Source: Giardia intestinalis (taxonomy: Eukaryota). From it: a stretch of 64,000 bases of DNA. The notes beneath the pieces were generated by a model. The model was not told the DNA's origin, searched no databases, and saw only the letters and a list, made by a program, of their open reading frames with translations. Positions 29,927 to 40,048 of this stretch are shown in pieces. Position 1 is the first letter of the stretch. The number at the start of each line of letters is the position of its first letter. The DNA lies in NCBI GenBank assembly GCA_000002435.2, contig CM018791.1, one strand, 5' to 3'. Made by a program: the position numbers and the translations under genes.

Positions 29927-31744
29927 TATCTCCGAATAGGACATTATTGTCAAAGAGGCGACAAGAAAGAAGCAATAAGCACAAACATACAATATCAATC
30001 CGATTCGTAGATTGAAAAATAATATAGAGTCAACAATAAAGGATGCATCAGGCCCGTACGCCGCATAAAACTCTGTGTGAATGTATTGCGCATTGAGCAG
30101 CACAGCAGCAGTCATCATCAAAAAGGAATTGGCGTGAAGGAAATGGATTTCAAAGGAAGAAGTGTTCGAGACAATCGAGAAAGCTCGTACACAGTAGCTT
30201 ATAGAATGAAAGGTACAGTACACGCCGGCTATAGTGACTTTCCTGACCGAATCAAGAGACATTGTGGTGTTTAATGAGCCATCAACTATACACTTGGCTG
30301 GGACCAATAACTTCATGTGTGGATGGTTCGGATCGATATATGATGCAACTTTCTGGAAAGTGATTGGGCTGTCAATAAGGACACCACAGGTATCCAACTG
30401 AGAGGCGGCCGTAGTAGTTAGTGTGTGTATTAGATTGATAAAGGATACTCCAAGCATGTATGCATATGGAAATGAAGGGGCCGCTTCGCCTCTTCGGAAG
30501 TTATGCTCACTATGATTAGAACAGTATACTATACCAGGTCTGTCTCGCAGACGAATCAAGGTATAAGGTGTGGTAGACAGGCCCAGTAATAGGGTATCAA
30601 TTAAGAGAGATACATTTTGCGATTTAAGACTTTCAATGTATGCGCCTTCGATCCTAATTATCTCAGAGGCGCATGTCTTATCAGGAGTGGCTATAAGGAA
30701 GGGACTAATGTGTCCGAACGGGTCCAATTCCAAGTACTTACTGCCAACGTTCAAAGAAGTTATCTGTGAGCTACTGAATGTGAGAATGTCATGTGGGCTC
30801 ATCACGCCGGAAAAGCCATAAACGCGTCCACGTCCCTCTTCTAGTGCAGTCTCTAATGAGTCCGATGAAACACACTTGGAGATATCATAGCAATTAGTGG
30901 CAACAAGATTCAAATCGCCTATGAGGGCGCAGTCCAAGGTGAAAGATGTGTCTAAGATATCTGACGCAATATTAAGGCCTAGAAGACTGTTGGCCGGTGC
31001 ATAAGGCATATAACCACCGGTGGATACAATTATACCGGCAGTGCCCTTGTTGTTCAAGATTGTGCTTATAATGTAATAAAATGGAAGAGAGTTTGCAAAG
31101 ATAGGGCTAAATATTATGCTGAAACAAAAAACCGATAGAATAGTAAGAAAAATAACGATAGGATAAGGGTGTGCGCGGATATGTTGCCACACCTTAGACC
31201 AATTAGAGCGTTTGTTTCCGGAATCAGACGACAAAGTCCAGTGCCCACCTAGAATTGCTCTTAGATATCTTATTCCAAACCAGAAGGACATACATGCAAG
31301 CGTTAACGCCAAAACTAGGATCAACAGACCAAGAAGCATGCAAACAGCATTTAGTTGCACGTCTAGTTCTAGCTCTTTTACGACTATGCAATAAAAGGCA
31401 AACAGTCCAATTATGAGAAAGCATCCTAACAGCTTGGCAACAAGTATAGAAATAAGAACAAAGATATGTGGATGTTTTATGTGCGTGGCAGATCTTACAA
31501 TTGGACGCAGAACCCACATAAAAGAGTTGCTGATTAGTGAAATGCAGATAATCCAAGTGTCTAATTTTTGCATCCTTTTTCCGTGACTAAAACCATAAGC
31601 ATTATCTGCCCCTCTGAAACTAACCAATTTGACTGAGATCCATATGAAACTAAGAGCTAGAAGGGCTAGTGCACCAAGTGCAGACCCCGTTTTATACAGA
31701 ATGTGAAACCAGAGGTACTGTCGTGATGGCCCAAAGTTGGGCAT
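29912..31744 (-). CDS. multi-pass membrane protein (610 aa), function unknown
   Basis: ATG checked. The N-terminal half and C-terminal end are strongly hydrophobic with at least 8 predicted helices, and there is a central soluble domain. It overlaps the helicase 3' end by 15 nt. Confidence 0.6.
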   Translation of the reverse strand: MPNFGPSRQYLWFHILYKTGSALGALALLALSFIWISVKLVSFRGADNAYGFSHGKRMQKLDTWIICISLISNSFMWVLRPIVRSATHIKHPHIFVLISILVAKLLGCFLIIGLFAFYCIVVKELELDVQLNAVCMLLGLLILVLALTLACMSFWFGIRYLRAILGGHWTLSSDSGNKRSNWSKVWQHIRAHPYPIVIFLTILSVFCFSIIFSPIFANSLPFYYIISTILNNKGTAGIIVSTGGYMPYAPANSLLGLNIASDILDTSFTLDCALIGDLNLVATNCYDISKCVSSDSLETALEEGRGRVYGFSGVMSPHDILTFSSSQITSLNVGSKYLELDPFGHISPFLIATPDKTCASEIIRIEGAYIESLKSQNVSLLIDTLLLGLSTTPYTLIRLRDRPGIVYCSNHSEHNFRRGEAAPSFPYAYMLGVSFINLIHTLTTTAASQLDTCGVLIDSPITFQKVASYIDPNHPHMKLLVPAKCIVDGSLNTTMSLDSVRKVTIAGVYCTFHSISYCVRAFSIVSNTSSFEIHFLHANSFLMMTAAVLLNAQYIHTEFYAAYGPDASFIVDSILFFNLRIGLILYVCAYCFFLVASLTIMSYSEILLKR

Positions 31745-32326
31745 CTTTTTAAGAAGTAAATTTATTCTGCCTGTGAGCTGCCGTGGTAAGTTATGGGACC
31801 AATTTTGTGTGCGGAGTCGGTATATGGAGCCCCACCTATGCAGTAGTATAACTGATGTCTAGCTATGCTTATACTGAACGTTTTAGCTGGTCTTAAGTGT
31901 CGAACTTGATCTTCAACAATAGAGCCGAAACCCTGGTATACTTTACAGCTCAGGCCATTTATTAGAGAGTTCTGTATCATTTAAGATGCGACAGTATCAT
32001 TCATTGACCCAGGTGTTTGGATCGCTACCACAACACCCACCTGCACACCTTGTTACAGAACCCCAGCAGCTGAGCGGGAATATATCTGCGAAATAGTGGA
32101 CACCGAGGCACAGATGCGTGTGGATGTAGCTGATTAGGTGATGGTTAAGGCAGATCCTTGGGGAGCCAGTAATGCCTTGCTACTCGATACCTGGCCTTGC
32201 ACCTTCTGCTCACCAAGCAATGCAAACAATAGCGTGCAGCTTGAGCCGCAGTGCCCTTGCATGGCTCCCCGGGTCTCACTTTCACTTAGAGGCTAGTGGT
32301 CAGCCACCGGTAAGATCTATCGACAC

Positions 32327-32333
32327 GTTTACT
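32327..32333 (-). terminator. putative Giardia polyadenylation signal AGTAAAC (AGTRAAY class)
   Basis: The reverse complement gtttact lies 9 nt downstream of the mini-VSP stop codon. Confidence 0.4.
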
Positions 32334-32341
32334 ACCTAAGT

Positions 32342-32728
32342 CTACGCCTTGCCTCGGCAGAGGAACCACCAGCAGAGGAAGCCAACGAGACCACCAACAA
32401 TGATTACAGCAGCCACGGCGATGCCAGCTATGGCCCCTGTGGAAAGGCCGCTGCTCTTATTGGTATTAGAAGATATGCACTGCTTCGTGCTACCATCAAG
32501 GTCGAAGCCAGAGTTGCACTCCTCGCACTCCGCAGGATTTTGGTCGCACCGTTTGCAGTTCGGATCCGTGCACTCAGACCCTGCGCCGTAGACAGCAGAG
32601 CTATCAGCGCACACGTCGATCGGTACGTGGCCTGCTCTGCATTGGTCGGTTGCGCAATTGGAGTGCTGGCGCCCCTTGCATTGCGCAGCAAGAGCGCTCA
32701 TCAAAAAGCAGAGAACTAGTAGCAACAT
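32342..32728 (-). CDS. miniature variant-specific surface protein (VSP-like), 128 aa
   Basis: Signal peptide [15 protein letters not shown], CxxC-rich ectodomain, a TM helix ([26 protein letters not shown]) and the invariant VSP tail CRGKA directly before the stop. AGTAAAC poly(A) motif lies 9 nt after the stop. Confidence 0.75.
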   Translation of the reverse strand: MLLLVLCFLMSALAAQCKGRQHSNCATDQCRAGHVPIDVCADSSAVYGAGSECTDPNCKRCDQNPAECEECNSGFDLDGSTKQCISSNTNKSSGLSTGAIAGIAVAAVIIVGGLVGFLCWWFLCRGKA

Positions 32729-33327
32729 TGAGATCCTGCTCGGATCAGTTAGTCATGGTGTACTGGCTTTAGTGACGATACCAGTAGCCAACTGATAATT
32801 GCTTCCACTGGTTTTCTGGTGTGACCCTCCAGTGCTCCCCTCGAGCCTGCCGAGCGACTCCTGCATCGCCACCTCATTATGTTGCACGCAACCAAGGCGG
32901 AAATATATTTCTATTCTATTGCTATGAGGACGAGCTCTACATCAGCTTAAGAGTTGGTCCAAAGATTGGGTCGAATACTTGAACAGCGAAATAGTACTTT
33001 CTAGTAGATCTTCCTAAGAATGGCAAGGCGGCAACAACAGATATCTATACGGTAACACCGCAAGTGGTGGCACCTCCAAGTGTGCGACAGCGGCTAAATG
33101 CCCTTCTGTCATGCTGTGGTGTGTATGTGCGGAACTAACAGTCTATAAAGGGCATTGGTGTCATTTTAAAGGCCTCCGTAATTGACAGAAATGCCGAGAT
33201 TGTAGCAATTATGTAAGATTGCGTTCTTGGCTGGTAGATTCTCTAAGTTTTCCTTACTGGTTGATCTGTGGGAGCAAGTCTATCAATACTATCAAGATAC
33301 TACTTGCTCTATCTCCACATAGAGATC

Positions 33328-33966
33328 TTACAACTTATCAATGTGCATATCCAGAAGGATAGCGCTAGCAACAATCACTATAATACCAATGAAGGTCCCG
33401 AATACTATTCCTAGTATCTCCACTACAGTGAACGATTTCTTGCAGATGTAGTTGTCACCGTACTTTGTCAGCTTATAGCCCTCTTCGCAGCTGGTACACT
33501 TGATAGTAGTATCCGGACTATATGCAGACGGAGAGCAAAGTACGCAGTGATCCCCAGCAAAACTACTGCACGGAGAACAGAAGTCTGAACGGAGAACATA
33601 GCCTTCACTGCATTCTGTGCACAATAACTGAGGATAGCTAGAATAACGCTGAGAACACTTTGCACAGTTGGGAATGCCATTGACGGTATCGTTGCACGCG
33701 GCACAGTTATCATTGACAACAGTGTATCCATCTGTACACTTAGTGCACTTGTTGGTAGAGGGGGAAGAAGGTGAGCCAGGAGTACACTGAAGGCACATTC
33801 CTAGTCCACAAGCAGCGCAGGCATTAGGTCCAAATTCATCGCTCCCAACCGCAGAGCAGGTAGTGCAGAGTTTGGGATCACTGGTGGAGCAAGCGGTGCA
33901 AAGAGGAGGAGCACCTCCAATACATTCCACTCCAAGCGACAAGTAGATGAAGTAGAAGAACAGCAT
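33328..33966 (-). CDS. high-cysteine membrane protein (HCMP/VSP-like, but without a CRGKA tail), 212 aa
   Basis: Signal peptide, about 40 Cys in CxxC/CxC spacing (CTACSTSDPKLCTTCS..., CAACGLGMCLQCT...), one C-terminal TM helix, and a cytoplasmic tail ...LLDMHIDKL. Confidence 0.75.
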   Translation of the reverse strand: MLFFYFIYLSLGVECIGGAPPLCTACSTSDPKLCTTCSAVGSDEFGPNACAACGLGMCLQCTPGSPSSPSTNKCTKCTDGYTVVNDNCAACNDTVNGIPNCAKCSQRYSSYPQLLCTECSEGYVLRSDFCSPCSSFAGDHCVLCSPSAYSPDTTIKCTSCEEGYKLTKYGDNYICKKSFTVVEILGIVFGTFIGIIVIVASAILLDMHIDKL

Positions 33967-34008
33967 GGAAGTTTTACTTTTTCGACAACAGTGGGAAAGG
34001 CATAGGAA

Positions 34009-34353
34009 TCATAACGGACGCCCGTCACGAGTTGTCAAGGACTCAGAAAAGCGAGAAGAACAAAAGTCAAATGACACATGATCGTCTAGGCCCAAAACAA
34101 TTTGCGCAGCCCGGGGGACAGAGGTGCAGGGCGCATACTCAGGGCGCATGAGGGATTTTCTTAGCTCTATCTCGATTTGTTCTGCCGTTGCAGGCCGAAC
34201 CTTTCGTTCCAGATGAAGTCGGCTTTGCAGATGAGACCCAAGTGAAATGCCTTCCTGGAGTCTCTTCTGCTCCTTGGGCTCCATGTATCGCGCCTCCAGC
34301 TTCGGGGGAAGCTGCAGTGTACCCGTCGGATTGAGGTCCTTAGACAGCTGCAT
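34009..34353 (-). CDS. possible small hypothetical protein (114 aa)
   Basis: ATG-initiated ORF inside the otherwise empty 547-nt gap between the HCMP gene and the 1832-aa gene. Its upstream context is ctgttaaaaATG. No homology recognised. Confidence 0.25.
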   Translation of the reverse strand: MQLSKDLNPTGTLQLPPKLEARYMEPKEQKRLQEGISLGSHLQSRLHLERKVRPATAEQIEIELRKSLMRPEYAPCTSVPRAAQIVLGLDDHVSFDFCSSRFSESLTTRDGRPL

Positions 34354-34496
34354 TTTTAACAGCCGCTCAACAGCACGGAAGCTACGACCTCCTTGCTAAT
34401 TGCTAGCCCTATGTGCTTCTCTAATTGATGAGTGCGATGTGCATGCAGTAGCCAGTGCTGAAGGTAGGCCTAGTTACACTGTCCAGATAATCTGCC

Positions 34497-34513
34497 AGCA
34501 TAAAAAAATCCAA
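34497..34513 (+). promoter_or_regulatory. AT-rich initiator/promoter tract immediately 5' of the start codon
   Basis: The tract ataaaaaaatccaa abuts the ATG. This is the typical arrangement of Giardia core promoters, which combine very short 5' UTRs with A/T-rich initiators. Confidence 0.4.
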
Positions 34514-37500
34514 ATGGCAAAGGATCCCTTCCTCGCACGCATGCGTGCCGAGGGCATCCTCACCAGTGCCACAGAGGAAGACCTCACACAATGGTGGGTC
34601 GCAGAGAATGTCTCTCTCTTTCAGAGCACTCTTTCTCAGTATGTGGAAGCGGAAACAAGGGAGAAGCGGCTAGCTCTTTTAGACGAGGCGTGTGCTGTTA
34701 TTCTCGCTGTGTTCTACTCTCTTTACAAAGAACTGCCAGCAACTACGATGACTACCAGTCTTTTAAGTTGTTCTCTTGAGACTATGCGCTGTATCTTTAA
34801 TAACGGCGACCTAGTCCACGTGACAACATCAAATTTTGTACCCTCTCTCCTTCTATATCTGGCGGTTGACGGTGTCATACTATCCCTCTATAGTTCGGTG
34901 GGAGTACAGTTTATAAGCAATATATTATCCATAGCTGCAGGACTTGCAAAGCATGCCCCAGAAACGTTCTTAGATAACCACCTTGGGTGTTTCCAGTCTA
35001 TTGTCCATTCACTACTCTCTACTGTTCCGGACGAAGAGCGGGCGGCACTAATAGCCTTTCTTGTACAGGCCAGCACAGCACGCCTCTCGCCATTCTACAT
35101 ACTAGGCGGTCGGTCTAACGCAGAATACTATGAGTTTTTAGTGAGAATTCTTTCCTCTGCTTATGGCTATCCAGATCAACTGTTACTAGCTATTAACGGG
35201 CATATAGCAGCTGGCTGCGCAGCTATTGAGGCAGCACTAGCACAGGTTGATAGGGAGGAAGGGCTGCTCTTACACGACCCCTCGGACTCCACAGATACAA
35301 AGAGAGCTCCTTGTTTTGATCCACTTCTGTTCTTGATGTTGGACGCAGGTGCCTCCTACTTTTTTAGTGTACAGTCCGACGACCTGCGTGCAACTACATT
35401 AAACACCATCAGAAGCTATACTCAGCACTTTTTTACCTTGTGGATTCCATTTCTTCTGGATTTGGAGTTACGCGATGCAGAAGTAGGCATGCTTTTCTGC
35501 TCTGTTTTCCTTGAACGATACAGGCAGATGCACTATGCTTTTTCGAGCAGTAGCTCCATAGATGAAACTATTAACATTGGGAAGAACTTTTTTGCCGTAC
35601 GTCAAGTGAAGTCAAGGTTCTCTATCAATCAGAAGACCTTTCTCATTTTTAACTCTAATTACCCACATATGTATAACACGCAGATGGAAGCGCAGGATAA
35701 TCAGCAACAAGACACCTATGCTGATGAGGCAGGTGCATCGAAAAGGTCTCACAAAGCAAAGAATAGAGACACGTCACAACAGCTTGTTAACACTACGACT
35801 GCAGAAGAGCATATAGATCGATTCTACAGTCCAAAGCCAATCTCTATTGTCCTACCCTGTTCCGTGACAGACATGCCTTCATTGGGTATCCTTGGCAGCG
35901 TACTGTACTCTGCTATCTTAATAGGATTGACGTCTCATACTTCAGAATTGAGGAGGAGGGCTCTAGATGCAGCAGAGAATCTTCTGTGGTCCGTCAATTA
36001 TACGTTTGTTTCTTGCCAATCTAATAAGAGCGGGAAGCTCCCGAGCATGAAAGCATATGCAGGGGAAATTAATAATATTATGATCCCCCTTGTGAAGGAC
36101 CGGTTTCTAGATTCCTGTGAATATGTTCGTGAGGCGGCAATCAGTATCTTCGCCAATTATTATAGGGTTCTCCTTGAATACCTGGACTATGCGACAACAC
36201 TCGACACCAGCACAATATCAGAAGAAGACAGCATGTTTGTTGTTCTGCTGGAGCGTCTTGACAAATTGGTGGAGCCACACGTATATGTGAGACCACTGAA
36301 GATCCAACTGCCGCCCATAGAAAGTGACCTGGCCGTAGCAACAAATGAGGAACTGATTTCGCTATCCCTTGCGGAGCGACTCAATGACAAGAATACTCGT
36401 GTCCGCAGCGCTGCCACCATTGCTCTTCAGTCTTTGTATATGACTGGGTATCATCGCTTGGCGACTCCGCTAATTCACTATGCCCACAAGTTTGGGCTGG
36501 AGGGAGAAATAGAGCTCTTTAAGTGCTTCCACGCTAACACGCATCTTTCTATTTACTCTGTGATGCACAGGATATTGACCTTCTTTGATGGTGTAGATGC
36601 TATGGATTTCTTCGTATTCATTCGAGTGCTTTCCCGCCAGAAGTTGCTCAGGAAGATCGTGGAGAATACTTTCACTGTTCTTGTAGCCAAGAGGCATGGC
36701 GCTACTTTCATAAAGAAGCAGTGGGACGAGTCCATAGCCGGTATATATGGCGAGGACCAGGATGCGGGCACGCAGACGTACTTCAACAGCTTTTATGATT
36801 ACATGGTAGAGTCTGCACGTGTGAAGTCACTCGCTGACTTCATGAACGAGGGCGAAGCACTCCTAGATACAATCTACAATAAGATCACCAAGAAATCTAC
36901 TGGATCCGATGGTGCCTTACACTTATCCAGGATAGAGGATGCTACCGAGTACATTACAGTTGCACAAAGAATCAAGAACAAGTGGCTTTTCCTCCATATT
37001 TTCTCTTTTCCTTTCTGCCACGAGAAGTTTCTACACAAAATCGTGAAATTGACCTCTGTAAGCTACTTTTATTCGTACCTTGAAAAGCAGAAGGACGCAG
37101 AGGTCTTTCAGACATCACCGCTGACATGCGCGTTGCTTCTGCGCAGTGTTCTTGTCGTGAATTCGCAGCTCTTTGTTCACTGGAAGCACCTTAGTGTCAG
37201 GTTCTTCTTCAATGTCTTTGAAGAGACAAAGGCTTCGGGCGCGTTCGCCTCCATAAGTCCTGCGGATCAGCACGGCGCTTTAGACTCCTCGTCTTCTCAA
37301 AAGGAAAGGGGGTGGAGAACCAGAGGCACCGCAGCGTCCAAGTTTATAGAGTTCTCAGAAAGCCTTGGATTGGGAATAGTGTCCAGCAAAACGTCCGACC
37401 CTAAGACCACTTCATTAAATACTCTGCCCCTTTACCAAAGTGACCTGGCAACGCCATCGAGCGAGCCAGATATGACACCTGTAAGCATAGAAACGACTCC

Positions 37501-40012
37501 CACTAACTCTAAGAAAGCCTCCGACAACACTCTGGACATAACTCAACAATCGCAGGATGTAAGCAATCGCATTGACCAGGTGTCTCTTGCAATCATCGGT
37601 GTACACGTGGCCATCCTTCTAGGAGGGTATGTGTACATCTCTGAGTCCCAATTGATGGCCCTTTTCAGCATAGACAATGAACTTAAAGAGATCTGCGGAG
37701 CCACCCTAATAGATCTGGCCAGCACCGCATTCAACTTGGCATCGGTTGATAGGTACGCTTGCCTAGTAACACGCAACATGCTATTCAAGCACGTAACGTG
37801 TTGCCCATGGACTATTCTCGCTCTGTATAGTTCTTTTCATGAATGGGACGTGGTTCCTTCGTGCAATATCAACTATCGACACGCAATTTACTACAATCTT
37901 TTGCGAAGGTTGTGCAGTACATGTACCATAGTCCCAGATGAGCTTTGGGGAAAGAGCTGGTCTACTATGATGGCGTCAATAGCACACTCAAACAATACTA
38001 TGACCGACGAAGCAAAGGGCAGAGCAGAAAATAATATCAAAGTGGATGTCACTCAAAATCCGCTACTGATAGAGATTTACAACACACTGATAGAGGAGGC
38101 CAACAGCAGCTATCAAAAGTTCAATAGGCGATCTTCGCAATCAATAGACATAGGCTTGGTTATGGAGAAAGCCCAGTCTCTTATGGCTGTGTTCCCAGAG
38201 TTTGTTAAGCGCATTGAAGGCGATCATATTTCGTCTCTATCAGAGTGCTTATTTACCGACATCGACGCAGGGACTGAACTCTTGATCCAGACGCCCTACC
38301 TGAAGCGCTTCCCCAGAGAGACTGATCGGATAATCGCTATCCTTCCCGTGCTGGGATACGGGTCGCATCTCTACGCATTATCAAAGGATAGCACACGAAC
38401 CTCTAAGCTGATATCCTATTACAATGTCCTCATTGAGACCATTCTCTTTCCCTTCACTATTAAGGTAGACGACACGCAGACCCCGGTCAAAATGGTTCAG
38501 CAGGTATCTCCCATCATTATCTATGATATCCTACCAGTGTCAACGCGTGCGACAGTCATGCCTGCGTTCAAGTTGCTGGAAGCTGTGCATACTCTTCTGC
38601 TATTTCAGCTACGTACTGATCAACGTGCACTGCAGCTCCAGACAAGCTACAGTTTGTTCATGATGATTACTGCTGCTCACTATGGGCTGGTCTTTGCATA
38701 CTCTTCAGAAGAAGCCCAGTCAGAGTCAAGAAAGACTATCACTGCTACAACTCTATTCGGAAGTAGAACCATGCAGAAGGCCATTCTACACGGTATTTCC
38801 TCAACTGCTTTGCGAACGCTCCTCACATGCGTTGAGTTTGGCAACATGCCATGTCGCTTGATTGGAATCTTGGTTGCCGGGTTTGCAGCGTATATCGTTG
38901 GATATTGTGAAATAGACTTTACCTTTGTCTTTAATAATGATGAAGAAGCCACACTTCCGAATTCTGTCAATGACGAGAGCGGAGTCGTAATATCTATAAG
39001 TAAGTACTATTTGCTGCAGAAAAATATGAAGTCTAACATCCCAGATGTTCCTGGAAAGGGTCTCACTGCCTCTATGATGTCTAGTAGCGCGGTTTTGGCA
39101 GACGTGCTGCCGTCACCTACAGTGGTGAGGCAGTCTCTAACGCAAGAATCCATAGACTTCATGCACAAATTTGTTACTAAGTTAATCAATATATCGCTTC
39201 AAGCCATGGAGCAGTTTCCGATGTCGTTTATGCTTAGGCAGGAGGCTGGCTCAAGTCCACAGATAGCTCTGCTTTCAGGACGACCTGAGTACTCCGTCTT
39301 TATCTTAGTTTATGTTGTTCATAATTACGTCTTTCAGATAGCTTGCTCCATGGCCAATCAACACCGCATCACGATCCTGCACGCAGCTAAGTATCTCGTC
39401 TCTAGGAAGACGGGGATAACGCTATTTATTGATACGGCAATCCTCCTTCTGCTAGAAATACTGATGCACTCAGCTACAAATGTTATGCAATCTGCCGATG
39501 AGTGTAGCGGCTCTTTGTCCGCAGGGGCTCTCTCCGGGATCTCAGCTCCTCAATTCACGATTTCAATTCTACAGCTCTGCATTGCTAAGGCCTCGCGTTA
39601 CTCTACAAAGACGGCGGGTGGCGCAACATCTGTTTCGGAGGAAGCCAGGTCATTCCTTTACAAGACTGTGCTCAGCATATTTGCTCACCGCATAAAGACC
39701 TTTACAGACTACGAACGTGGGTTGCCACTAGATGTTTTGCTGCAAATACCGAGCGCACTGTTTGTCAAGGCTTCGGTTGACTCTGCTGCGGGCTCTGGTG
39801 AAACAGTATCGCGCAATACCCGCGATACAGTGCGGCAAAGTATCCTTGGGGCCACTCCTGTATATGTTAAAGAGCGTACGGTTATGTTTGCACAGAACTC
39901 TGAACTGTTAGATAGTTTGGCTAAGATCTCCCTGACCCCGAAAAATAAGGTTTCCAGCCCGTATTTAAGTTCTAGTCTGCGAGAAACCCCCAAGCGGAGA
40001 GTAAGGCCATAA
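34514..40012 (+). CDS. large (about 1832 aa) predicted alpha-helical/HEAT- or ARM-like repeat protein, function unknown
   Basis: The track ORF 34400.. starts on TTG. The first ATG is at 34514, directly after the strong initiator tract gcataaaaaaatccaaATG. A single ORF then runs to 40012, with no Cys-rich or catalytic motifs. Confidence 0.75.
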   Translation: MAKDPFLARMRAEGILTSATEEDLTQWWVAENVSLFQSTLSQYVEAETREKRLALLDEACAVILAVFYSLYKELPATTMTTSLLSCSLETMRCIFNNGDLVHVTTSNFVPSLLLYLAVDGVILSLYSSVGVQFISNILSIAAGLAKHAPETFLDNHLGCFQSIVHSLLSTVPDEERAALIAFLVQASTARLSPFYILGGRSNAEYYEFLVRILSSAYGYPDQLLLAINGHIAAGCAAIEAALAQVDREEGLLLHDPSDSTDTKRAPCFDPLLFLMLDAGASYFFSVQSDDLRATTLNTIRSYTQHFFTLWIPFLLDLELRDAEVGMLFCSVFLERYRQMHYAFSSSSSIDETINIGKNFFAVRQVKSRFSINQKTFLIFNSNYPHMYNTQMEAQDNQQQDTYADEAGASKRSHKAKNRDTSQQLVNTTTAEEHIDRFYSPKPISIVLPCSVTDMPSLGILGSVLYSAILIGLTSHTSELRRRALDAAENLLWSVNYTFVSCQSNKSGKLPSMKAYAGEINNIMIPLVKDRFLDSCEYVREAAISIFANYYRVLLEYLDYATTLDTSTISEEDSMFVVLLERLDKLVEPHVYVRPLKIQLPPIESDLAVATNEELISLSLAERLNDKNTRVRSAATIALQSLYMTGYHRLATPLIHYAHKFGLEGEIELFKCFHANTHLSIYSVMHRILTFFDGVDAMDFFVFIRVLSRQKLLRKIVENTFTVLVAKRHGATFIKKQWDESIAGIYGEDQDAGTQTYFNSFYDYMVESARVKSLADFMNEGEALLDTIYNKITKKSTGSDGALHLSRIEDATEYITVAQRIKNKWLFLHIFSFPFCHEKFLHKIVKLTSVSYFYSYLEKQKDAEVFQTSPLTCALLLRSVLVVNSQLFVHWKHLSVRFFFNVFEETKASGAFASISPADQHGALDSSSSQKERGWRTRGTAASKFIEFSESLGLGIVSSKTSDPKTTSLNTLPLYQSDLATPSSEPDMTPVSIETTPTNSKKASDNTLDITQQSQDVSNRIDQVSLAIIGVHVAILLGGYVYISESQLMALFSIDNELKEICGATLIDLASTAFNLASVDRYACLVTRNMLFKHVTCCPWTILALYSSFHEWDVVPSCNINYRHAIYYNLLRRLCSTCTIVPDELWGKSWSTMMASIAHSNNTMTDEAKGRAENNIKVDVTQNPLLIEIYNTLIEEANSSYQKFNRRSSQSIDIGLVMEKAQSLMAVFPEFVKRIEGDHISSLSECLFTDIDAGTELLIQTPYLKRFPRETDRIIAILPVLGYGSHLYALSKDSTRTSKLISYYNVLIETILFPFTIKVDDTQTPVKMVQQVSPIIIYDILPVSTRATVMPAFKLLEAVHTLLLFQLRTDQRALQLQTSYSLFMMITAAHYGLVFAYSSEEAQSESRKTITATTLFGSRTMQKAILHGISSTALRTLLTCVEFGNMPCRLIGILVAGFAAYIVGYCEIDFTFVFNNDEEATLPNSVNDESGVVISISKYYLLQKNMKSNIPDVPGKGLTASMMSSSAVLADVLPSPTVVRQSLTQESIDFMHKFVTKLINISLQAMEQFPMSFMLRQEAGSSPQIALLSGRPEYSVFILVYVVHNYVFQIACSMANQHRITILHAAKYLVSRKTGITLFIDTAILLLLEILMHSATNVMQSADECSGSLSAGALSGISAPQFTISILQLCIAKASRYSTKTAGGATSVSEEARSFLYKTVLSIFAHRIKTFTDYERGLPLDVLLQIPSALFVKASVDSAAGSGETVSRNTRDTVRQSILGATPVYVKERTVMFAQNSELLDSLAKISLTPKNKVSSPYLSSSLRETPKRRVRP

Positions 40013-40048
40013 CTGTACAAAATAATTTGAAAATAAAATCAACTCAGG

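Noticed and set aside
34400-34513. Track start codons at 34400 (TTG), 40970 (GTG), 46305 (TTG), 28386 (TTG), 50003 (TTG) and 51870 (GTG)
   Set aside because: The ORF track treats GTG and TTG as initiators. A eukaryote needs ATG, so I moved these starts to the first in-frame ATG: 34514, 40982, 46317, 28317 and 50021. For the VSP no ATG exists.
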